Source: the human T2T-CHM13v2.0 reference genome, Homo sapiens
Strand: one strand, 5' to 3'
Length of the DNA stretch: 64,000 bases
Assembly (NCBI RefSeq): GCF_009914755.1
Contig: NC_060932.1
The position numbers and the translations under genes are program-made. Shown here in pieces: positions 27,901 through 39,500 of the stretch. The notes under the pieces are model-generated. The model did not search any database and was not told where the DNA came from. It saw only the letters and a program-made list of their open reading frames with translations. The number at the start of each line of letters is the position of its first letter. Position 1 is the stretch's first letter.

Positions 27901-30900
27901 CAATCAAGTCACAGAGTTGAACCTTCCGTTTCATAGAGCAGGTTGGAAACACTCTTATTGTAGTATCTGGAAGTGGACATTTGGAGCGCTTTCAGGCCTA
28001 TGGTGAAAAAGGAAATATCTTCCCATAAAAACGACATAGAAGCTATCTCAGGAACTTGTTTATGATGCATCTAATCAACTAACAGTGTTGAACCTTTGTA
28101 CTGACAGAGCAGTTTGAAACACTCTTTTTTTGGAATCTGCAAGTGGATATTTGGATCGCTTTGAGGATTTCGTTGGAAACGGGATGCAATATAAAACGTA
28201 CACAGCAGCATACTCAGAAAATACTTTGCCATATTTCCATTCAAGTCACAGAGTGGAACATTCCCATTCATAGAGCAGGTTGGAAACACTCTTTTTGGAG
28301 TATCTGGAAGTGGACATTTGGAGCGCTTTCTGAACTATGGTGAAAAAGGAAATATCTTCCAATGAAAACAAGACAGAAGCATTCTGAGAAACTTATTTGT
28401 GATGTGTGTCCTCAACAAACGGACTTGAACCTTTCGTTTCATGCAGTACTTCTGGAACACTCTTTTTGAAGATTCTGCATGCGGATATTTGGATAGCTTT
28501 GAGGATTTCGTTGGAAACGGGCTTACATGTAAAAATTAGACAGCAGCATTCTCAGAAACTTCTTTGTGGTGTCTGCATTCAAGTCACAGAATTGAACTTC
28601 CCCTCACATAGAGCAGTTGTGCAGCACTCTATTTGTAGTATCTGGAAGTGGACATTTGGAGGGCTTTGTAGCCTATCTGGAAAAAGGAAATATCTTCCCA
28701 TGAATGCGAGATAGAAGTAATCTCAGAAACATGTTTATGCTGTATCTACTCAACTAACTGTGCTGAACATTTCTATTGATAGAGCAGTTTTGAGACACTC
28801 TTCTTTTGGAATCTGCAAGTGGATATTTGGATAGATTTGAGGATTTCGTTGGAAACGGGATTATATATAAAAAGTAGACAGCAGCATTCTCAGAAACTTC
28901 TTTGTGATGTTTGCATCCAGCTCTCAGAGTTGAACATTCCCTTTCATAGAGTAGGTTTGAAACCCTCTTTTTATAGTGTCTGGAAGCGGGCATTTGGAGC
29001 GCTTTCAGGCCTATGCTGAAAAAGGAAATATCTACCTATAGAAACTAGACAGAAGCATTCTGAGAATCACGTTTGTGATGTGGGTACTCAACTAACAGTG
29101 TTGATCCATTCTTTTGATACAGCAGTTTTGAACCACACTTTTTGTAGAATCTGCAAGTGGATATTTGGATAGCTGTGAGGATTTCGTTGGAAACGGGAAT
29201 GTCTTCATAGAAAATTTAGACAGAAGCATTCTCAGAACCTTGATTGTGATGTGTGTTCTCCACTAACAGAGTTGAACCTTTCTTTTGACAGAACTGTTCT
29301 GAAACATTCTTTTTATAGAATCTGGAAGTGGATATTTGGAAAGCTTTGAGGATTTCGTTGGAAACGGGAATATCTTCAAATAAAATCTAGCCAGAAGCAT
29401 TCTAAGAAATATCTTAGGGATGTTTACATTCAAGTCACAGAGTTGAACATTCCCTTTCACAGAGCAGGTTTGAAACAATCTTCTCGTACTATCTGGCAGT
29501 GGACATTTTGAGCTCCTTGGGGCCTATGCTGAAAAAGGAAATATCTTCCGACAAAAACTAGACAGAAGCATTCGCAGAATCACGTTTCTGATGTGTGCAC
29601 TCAACTGTCAGAATTGAACCTTGGTTTGGACAGAGCACTTTTGAAACACTCTTTTTGTAGAATCTGCAGGTGGATATTTGGCTAGCTTTGAGGATTTCGT
29701 TGGAAACGGTAATGTCTTCAAAGAAAATCTAGACAGAAGCATTCTCAGAAACACCTTCGTGATGTTTGCAATCAAGTCACAGAGTTGAACCTTCCGTTTC
29801 ATAGAGCAGGTTGGAAACACTCTTTTTGTAGTATCTGGAAGTGGACATTTGGAGGGCTTTGTAGCCTATCTGGAAAAAGGAAATATCTTCCCATGAATGC
29901 GAGATAGAAGTAATCTCAGAAACATGTTTATGCTGTATCTACTCAACTAACTGTGCTGAACATTTCTATTGATAGAGCAGTTTTGAGACACTCTTCTTTT
30001 GGAATCTGCAAGTGGATATTTGGATAGATTTGAGGATTTCGTTGGAAACGGGATTATATATCAAAAGTAGACAGCAGCATTCTCAGAAACTTCTTTGTGA
30101 TGTTTGCATCCAGCTCTCAGAGTTGAACATTCCCTTTCATAGAGTAGGTTTGAAACCCTCTTTTTATAGTGTCTGGAAGCGGGCATTTGGAGCGCTTTCA
30201 GGCCTATGCTTAAAATAGGAAATATCTACCTACAGAAACTAGACAGAAGCATTCTGAGAATCACGTTTGTGATGTGGGTACTCAACTAACAGTGTTGATC
30301 CATTCTTTTGATACAGCAGTTTTGAACCACACTTTTTGTAGAATCTGCAAGAGGATATTTGGATAGCTGTGAGGATTTCGTTGGAAACGGGAATGTCTTC
30401 AAAGAAAATCTAGACAGAAGCATTCTCAGAAACACCTTCGTGATGTTTGCAATCAAGTCACAGAGTTGAACCTTCCGTTTCATAGAGCAGGTTGGAAACA
30501 CTCTTATTGTAGTATCTGGAAGTGGACATTTGGAGCGCTTTCAGGCCTATGGTGAAAAAGGAAATATCTTCCCATAAAAACGACATAGAAGCTATCTCAG
30601 GAACTTGTTTATGATGCATCTAATCAACTAACAGTGTTGAACCTTTGTACTGACAGAGCACTTTGAAACACTCTTTTTTTGGAATCTGCAAGTGGATATT
30701 TGGATCGCTTTGAGGATTTCGTTGGAAACGGGATGCAATATAAAACGTACACAGCAGCATACTCAGAAAATACTTTGCCATATTTCCATTCAAGTCACAG
30801 AGTGGAACATTCCCATTCATAGAGCAGGTTGGAAACACTCTTTTTGGAGTATCTGGAAGTGGACATTTGGAGCGCTTTCTGAACTATGGTGAAAAAGGAA

Positions 30901-32610
30901 ATATCTTCCAATGAAAACAACACAGAAGCATTCTGAGAAACTTATTTGTGATGTGTGTCCTCAACAAACGGACTTGAACCTTTCGTTTCATGCAGTACTT
31001 CTGGAACACTCTTTTTGAAGATTCTGCATGCGGATATTTGGATAGCTTTGAGGATTTCGTTGGAAACGGGCTTACATGTAAAAATTAGACAGCAGCATTC
31101 TCAGAAACTTCTTTGTGGTGTCTGCATTCAAGTCACAGAATTGAACTTCCCCTCACATAGAGCAGTTGTGCAGCACTCTATTTGTAGTATCTGGAAGTGG
31201 ACATTTGGAGGGCTTTGTAGCCTATCTGGAAAAAGGAAATATCTTCCCATGAATGCGAGATAGAAGTAATCTCAGAAACATGTTTATGCTGTATCTACTC
31301 AACTAACTGTGCTGAACATTTCTATTGATAGAGCAGTTTTGAGACACTCTTCTTTTGGAATCTGCAAGTGGATATTTGGATAGATTTGAGGATTTCGTTG
31401 GAAACGGGATTATATATAAAAAGTAGACAGCAGCATTCTCAGAAACTTCTTTGTGATGTTTGCATCCAGCTCTCAGAGTTGAACATTCCCTTTCATAGAG
31501 TAGGTTTGAAACCCTCTTTTTATAGTGTCTGGAAGCGGGCATTTGGAGCGCTTTCAGGCCTATGCTGAAAAAGGAAATATCTACCTATAGAAACTAGACA
31601 GAAGCATTCTGAGAATCACGTTTGTGATGTGGGTACTCAACTAACAGTGTTGATCCATTCTTTTGATACAGCAGTTTTGAACCACACTTTTTGTAGAATC
31701 TGCAAGTGGATATTTGGATAGCTGTGAGGATTTCGTTGGAAACGGGAATGTCTTCATAGAAAATTTAGACAGAAGCATTCTCAGAACCTTGATTGTGATG
31801 TGTGTTCTCCACTAACAGAGTTGAACCTTTCTTTTGACAGAACTGTTCTGAAACATTCTTTTTATAGAATCTGGAAGTGGATATTTGGAAAGCTTTGAGG
31901 ATTTCGTTGGAAACGGGAATATCTTCAAATAAAATCTAGCCAGAAGCATTCTAAGAAACATCTTAGGGATGTTTACATTCAAGTCACAGAGTTGAACATT
32001 CCCTTTCACAGAGCAGGTTTGAAACAATCTTCTCGTACTATCTGGCAGTGGACATTTTGAGCTCCTTGGGGCCTATGCTGAAAAAGGAAATATCTTCCGA
32101 CAAAAACTAGACAGAAGCATTCGCAGAATCACGTTTGTGATGTGTGCACTCAACTGTCAGAATTGAACCTTGGTTTGGACAGAGCACTTTTGAAACACTC
32201 TTTTTGTAGAATCTGCAGGTGGATATTTGGCTAGCTTTGAGGATTTCGTTGGAAACGGTAATGTCTTCAAAGAAAATCTAGACAGAAGCATTCTCAGAAA
32301 CACCTTCGTGATGTTTGCAATCAAGTCACAGAGTTGAACCTTCCGTTTCATAGAGCAGGTTGGAAACACTCTTTTTGTAGTATCTGGAAGTGGACATTTG
32401 GAGGGCTTTGTAGCCTATCTGGAAAAAGGAAATATCTTCCCATGAATGCGAGATAGAAGTAATCTCAGAAACATGTTTATGCTGTATCTACTCAACTAAC
32501 TGTGCTGAACATTTCTATTGATAGAGCAGTTTTGAGACACTCTTCTTTTGGAATCTGCAAGTGGATATTTGGATAGATTTGAGGATTTCGTTGGAAACGG
32601 GATTATATAT
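12914..32610 (+). repeat. Recent tandem duplication with a 9004-bp (53-monomer) period
   Basis: Rare variants pair at exactly +9004: 15148/24152, 17764/26768, 20584/29588, 21657/30661, 21917/30921. The first mismatches I found are 12913 vs 21917 and 23607 vs 32611. Confidence 0.85.
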
Positions 32611-35600
32611 AAAAAGTAGACAGCAGCATTCTCAGAAACTTCTTTGTGATGTTTGCATCCAGCTCTCAGAGTTGAACATTCCCTTTCATAGAGTAGGTTT
32701 GAAACCCTCTTTTTATAGTGTCTGGAAGCGGGCATTTGGAGCGCTTTCAGGCCTATGCTTAAAATAGGAAATATCTACCTACAGAAACTAGACAGAAGCA
32801 TTCTGAGAATCACGTTTGTGATGTGGGTACTCAACTAACAGTGTTGATCCATTCTTTTGATACAGCAGTTTTGAACCACACTTTTTGTAGAATCTGCAAG
32901 AGGATATTTGGATAGCTGTGAGGATTTCGTTGGAAACGGGAATGTCTTCAAAGAAAATCTAGACAGAAGCATTCTCAGAAACACCTTCGTGATGTTTGCA
33001 ATCAAGTCACAGAGTTGAACCTTCCGTTTCATAGAGCAGGTTGGAAACACTCTTATTGTAGTATCTGGAAGTGGACATTTGGAGCGCTTTCAGGCCTATG
33101 GTGAAAAAGGAAATATCTTCCCATAAAAACGACATAGAAGCTATCTCAGGAACTTGTTTATGATACATCTAATCAACTAACAGTGTTGAACCTTTGTACT
33201 GACAGAGCAGTTTGAAACACTCTTTTTTTGGAATCTGCAAGTGGATATTTGGATCGCTTTGAGGATTTCGTTGGAAACGGGATGCAATATAAAACGTACA
33301 CAGCAGCATACTCAGAAAATACTTTGCCATATTTCCATTCAAGTCACAGAGTGGAACATTCCCATTCATAGAGCAGGTTGGAAACACTCTTTTTGGAGTA
33401 TCTGGAAGTGGACATTTGGAGCGCTTTCTGAACTATGGTGAAAAAGGAAATATCTTCCAATGAAAACAAGACAGAAGCATTCTGAGAAACTTATTTGTGA
33501 TGTGTGTCCTCAACAAACGGACTTGAACCTTTCGTTTCATGCAGTACTTCTGGAACACTCTTTTTGAAGATTCTGCATGCGGATATTTGGATAGCTTTGA
33601 GGATTTCGTTGGAAACGGGCTTACATGTAAAAATTAGACAGCAGCATTCTCAGAAACTTCTTTGTGGTGTCTGCATTCAAGTCACAGAATTGAACATCCC
33701 CTCACATAGAGCAGTTGTGCAGCACTCTATTTGTAGTATCTGGAAGTGGACATTTGGAGGGCTTTGTAGCCTATGTGGAAAAAGGAAATATCTTCCCATG
33801 AATGCGAGATAGAAGTAATCTCAGAAACATGTTTATGCTGTATCTACTCAACTAACTGTGCTGAACATTTCTATTGATAGAGCAGTTTTGAGACACTCTT
33901 CTTTTGGAATCTGCAAGTGGATATTTGGATAGATTTGAGGATTTCGTTGGAAACGGGATTATATATAAAAAGTAGACAGCAGCATTCTCAGAAACTTCTT
34001 TGTGATGTTTGCATCCAGCTCTCAGAGTTGAACATTCCCTTTCATAGAGTAGGTTTGAAACCCTCTTTTTATAGTGTCTGGAAGCGGGCATTTGGAGCGT
34101 TTTCAGGCCTATGCTTAAAATAGGAAATATCTACCTACAGAAACTAGACAGAAGCATTCTGAGAATCACGTTTGTGATGTGGGTACTCAACTAACAGTGT
34201 TGATCCATTCTTTTGATACAGCAGTTTTGAACCACACTTTTTGTAGAATCAGCAAGAGGATATTTGGATAGCTGTGAGGATTTCGTTGGAAACGGGAATG
34301 TCTTCAAAGAAAATCTAGACAGAAGCATTCTCAGAAACACCTTCGTGATGTTTGCAATCAAGTCACAGAGTTGAACCTTCCGTTTCATAGAGCAGGTTGG
34401 AAACACTCTTATTGTAGTATCTGGAAGTGGACATTTGGAGCGCTTTCAGGCCTATGGTGAAAAAGGAAATATCTTCCCATAAAAACGACATAGAAGCTAT
34501 CTCAGGAACTTGTTTATGATGCATCTAATCAACTAACAGTGTTGAACCTTTGTACTGACAGAGCAGTTTGAAACACTCTTTTTTTGGAATCTGCAAGTGG
34601 ATATTTGGATCGCTTTGAGGATTTCGTTGGAAACGGGATGCAATATAAAACGTACACAGCAGCATACTCAGAAAATACTTTGCCATATTTCCATTCAAGT
34701 CACAGAGTGGAACATTCCCATTCATAGAGCAGGTTGGAAACACTCTTTTTGGAGTATCTGGAAGTGGACATTTGGAGCGCTTTCTGAACTATGGTGAAAA
34801 AGGAAATATCTTCCAATGAAAACAAGACAGAAGCATTCTGAGAAACTTATTTGTGATGTGTGTCCTCAACAAACGGACTTGAACCTTTCGTTTCATGCAG
34901 TACTTCTGGAACACTCTTTTTGAAGATTCTGCATGCGGATATTTGGATAGCTTTGAGGATTTCGTTGGAAACGGGCTTACATGTAAAAATTAGACAGCAG
35001 CATTCTCAGAAACTTCTTTGTGGTGTCTGCATTCAAGTCACAGAATTGAACTTCCCCTCACATAGAGCAGTTGTGCAGCACTCTATTTGTAGTATCTGGA
35101 AGTGGACATTTGGAGGGCTTTGTAGCCTATGTGGAAAAAGGAAATATCTTCCCATGAATGCGAGATAGAAGTAATCTCAGAAACATGTTTATGCTGTATC
35201 TACTCAACTAACTGTGCTGAACATTTCTATTGATAGAGCAGTTTTGAGACACTCTTCTTTTGGAATCTGCAAGTGGATATTTGGATAGATTTGAGGATTT
35301 CGTTGGAAACGGGATTATATATAAAAAGTAGACAGCAGCATTCTCAGAAACTTCTTTGTGATGTTTGCATCCAGCTCTCAGAGTTGAACATTCCCTTTCA
35401 TAGAGTAGGTTTGAAACCCTCTTTTTATAGTGTCTGGAAGCGGGCATTTGGAGCGCTTTCAGGCCTATGCTTAAAATAGGAAATATCTACCTACAGAAAC
35501 TAGACAGAAGCATTCTGAGAATCACGTTTGTGATGTGGGTACTCAACTAACAGTGTTGATCCATTCTTTTGATACAGCAGTTTTGAACCACACTTTTTGT

Positions 35601-36527
35601 AGAATCTGCAAGAGGATATTTGGATAGCTGTGAGGATTTCGTTGGAAACGGGAATGTCTTCAAAGAAAATCTAGACAGAAGCATTCTCAGAAACACCTTC
35701 GTGATGTTTGCAATCAAGTCACAGAGTTGAACCTTCCGTTTCATAGAGCAGGTTGGAAACACTCTTATTGTAGTATCTGGAAGTGGACATTTGGAGCGCT
35801 TTCAGGCCTATGGTGAAAAAGGAAATATCTTCCCATAAAAACGACATAGAAGCTATCTCAGGAACTTGTTTATGATGCATCTAATCAACTAACAGTGTTG
35901 AACCTTTGTACTGACAGAGCAGTTTGAAACACTCTTTTTTTGGAATCTACAAGTGGATATTTGGATCGCTTTGAGGATTTCGTTGGAAACGGGATGCAAT
36001 ATAAAACGTACACAGCAGCATACTCAGAAAATACTTTGCCATATTTCCATTCAAGTCACAGAGTGGAACATTCCCATTCATAGAGCAGGTTGGAAACACT
36101 CTTTTTGGAGTATCTGGAAGTGGACATTTGGAGCGCTTTCTGAACTATGGTGAAAAAGGAAATATCTTCCAATGAAAACAAGACAGAAGCATTCTGAGAA
36201 ACTTATTTGTGATGTGTGTCCTCAACAAACGGACTTGAACCTTTCGTTTCATGCAGTACTTCTGGAACACTCTTTTTGAAGATTCTGCATGCGGATATTT
36301 GGATAGCTTTGAGGATTTCGTTGGAAACGGGCTTACATGTAAAAATTAGACAGCAGCATTCTCAGAAACTTCTTTGTGGTGTCTGCATTCAAGTCACAGA
36401 ATTGAACTTCCCCTCACATAGAGCAGTTGTGCAGCACTCTATTTGTAGTATCTGGAAGTGGACATTTGGAGGGCTTTGTAGCCTATGTGGAAAAAGGAAA
36501 TATCTTCCCATGAATGCGAGATAGAAG
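32460..36527 (+). repeat. Run of three consecutive 8-mers
   Basis: C starts at 32460, 33816, 35172 and 36528, each 1356 bp apart. Confidence 0.93.
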
Positions 36528-39500
36528 TAATCTCAGAAACATGTTTATGCTGTATCTACTCAACTAACTGTGCTGAACATTTCTATTGATAGAGCAGTTT
36601 TGAGACACTCTTCTTTTGGAATCTGCAAGTGGATATTTGGATAGATTTGAGGATTTCGTTGGAAACGGGATTATATATAAAAAGTAGACAGCAGCATTCT
36701 CAGAAACTTCTTTGTGATGTTTGCATCCAGCTCTCAGAGTTGAACATTCCCTTTCATAGAGTAGGTTTGAAACCCTCTTTTTATAGTGTCTGGAAGCGGG
36801 CATTTGGAGCGCTTTCAGGCCTATGCTGAAAAAGGAAATATCTACCTATAGAAACTAGACAGAAGCATTCTGAGAATCACGTTTGTGATGTGGGTACTCA
36901 ACTAACAGTGTTGATCCATTCTTTTGATACAGCAGTTTTGAACCACACTTTTTGTAGAATCTGCAAGTGGATATTTGGATAGCTGTGAGGATTTCGTTGG
37001 AAACGGGAATGTCTTCATAGAAAATTTAGACAGAAGCATTCTCAGAACCTTGATTGTGATGTGTGTTCTCCACTAACAGAGTTGAACCTTTCTTTTGACA
37101 GAACTGTTCTGAAACATTCTTTTTATAGAATCTGGAAGTGGATATTTGGAAAGCTTTGAGGATTTCGTTGGAAACGGGAATATCTTCAAATAAAATCTAG
37201 CCAGAAGCATTCTAAGAAACATCTTAGGGATGTTTACATTCAAGTCACAGAGTTGAACATTCCCTTTCACAGAGCAGGTTTGAAACAATCTTCTCGTACT
37301 ATCTGGCAGTGGACATTTTGAGCTCCTTGGGGCCTATGCTGAAAAAGGAAATATCTTCCGACAAAAACTAGACAGAAGCATTCGCAGAATCACGTTTGTG
37401 ATGTGTGCACTCAACTGTCAGAATTGAACCTTGGTTTGGACAGAGCACTTTTGAAACACTCTTTTTGTAGAATCTGCAGGTGGATATTTGGCTAGCTTTG
37501 AGGATTTCGTTGGAAACGGTAATGTCTTCAAAGAAAATCTAGACAGAAGCATTCTCAGAAACACCTTCGTGATGTTTGCAATCAAGTCACAGAGTTGAAC
37601 CTTCCGTTTCATAGAGCAGGTTGGAAACACTCTTTTTGTAGTATCTGGAAGTGGACATTTGGAGGGCTTTGTAGCCTATCTGGAAAAAGGAAATATCTTC
37701 CCATGAATGCGAGATAGAAGTAATCTCAGAAACATGTTTATGCTGTATCTACTCAACTAACTGTGCTGAACATTTCTATTGATAGAGCAGTTTTGAGACA
37801 CTCTTCTTTTGGAATCTGCAAGTGGATATTTGGATAGATTTGAGGATTTCGTTGGAAACGGGATTATATATAAAAAGTAGACAGCAGCATTCTCAGAAAC
37901 TTCTTTGTGATGTTTGCATCCAGCTCTCAGAGTTGAACATTCCCTTTCATAGAGTAGGTTTGAAACCCTCTTTTTATAGTGTCTGGAAGCGGGCATTTGG
38001 AGCGCTTTCAGGCCTGTGCTTAAAATAGGAAATATCTACCTACAGAAACTAGACAGAAGCATTCTGAGAATCACGTTTGTGATGTGGGTACTCAACTAAC
38101 AGTGTTGATCCATTCTTTTGATACAGCAGTTTTGAACCACACTTTTTGTAGAATCTGCAAGAGGATATTTGGATAGCTGCGAGGATTTCGTTGGAAACGG
38201 GAATGTCTTCAAAGAAAATCTAGACAGAAGCATTCTCAGAAACACCTTCGTGATGTTTGCAATCAAGTCACAGAGTTGAACCTTCCGTTTCATAGAGCAG
38301 GTTGGAAACACTCTTATTGTAGTATCTGGAAGTGGACATTTGGAGCGCTTTCAGGCCTATGGTGAAAAAGGAAATATCTTCCCATAAAAACGACATAGAA
38401 GCTATCTCAGGAACTTTTTTATGATGCATCTAATCAACTAACAGTGTTGAACCTTTGTACTGACAGAGCAGTTTGAAACACTCTTTTTTTGGAATCTGCA
38501 AGTGGATATTTGGATCGCTTTCAGGATTTCGTTGGAAACGGGATGCAATATAAAACGTACACAGCAGCATACTCAGAAAATACTTTGCCATATTTCCATT
38601 CAAGTCACAGAGTGGAACATTCCCATTCATACAGCAGGTTGGAAACACTCTTTTTGGAATATCTGGAAGTGGACATTTGGAGCGCTTTCTGAACTATGGT
38701 GAAAAAGGAAATATCTTCCAATGAAAACAACACAGAAGCATTCTGAGAAACTTATTTGTGATGTGTGTCCTCAACAAACGGACTTGAACCTTTCGTTTCA
38801 TGCAGTACTTCTGGAACACTCTTTTTGAAGATTCTGCATGCGGATATTTGGATAGCTTTGAGGATTTCGTTGGAAACGGTCTTACATGTAAAAATTAGAC
38901 AGCAGCATTCTCAGAAACTTCTTTGTGGTGTCTGCATTCAAGTCACAGAATTGAACTTCCCCTCACATAGAGCAGTTGTGCAGCACTCTATTTGTAGTAT
39001 CTGGAAGTGGACATTTGGAGGGCTTTGTAGCCTATCTGGAAAAAGGAAATATCTTCCCATGAATGCGAGATAGAAGTAATCTCAGAAACATGTTTATGCT
39101 GTATCTAATCAACTAACTGTCCTGAACATTTCTATTGATAGAGCAGTTTTGAGACACTCTTCTTTTGGAATCTGCAAGTGGATATTTGGATAGATTTGAG
39201 GATTTCGTTGGAAACGGGATTATATATAAAAAGTAGACAGCAGCATTCTCAGAAACTTCTTTGTGATGTTTGCATCCAGCTCTCAGAGTTGAACATTCCC
39301 TTTCATAGAGTAGGTTTGAAACCCTCTTTTTATAGTGTCTGGAAGCGGGCATTTGGAGCGCTTTCAGGCCTATGCTTAAAATAGGAAATATCTACCTACA
39401 GAAACTAGACAGAAGCATTCTGAGAATCACGTTTGTGATGTGGGTACTCAACTAACAGTGTTGATCCTTTCTTTTGATACAGCAGTTTTGAACCACACTT

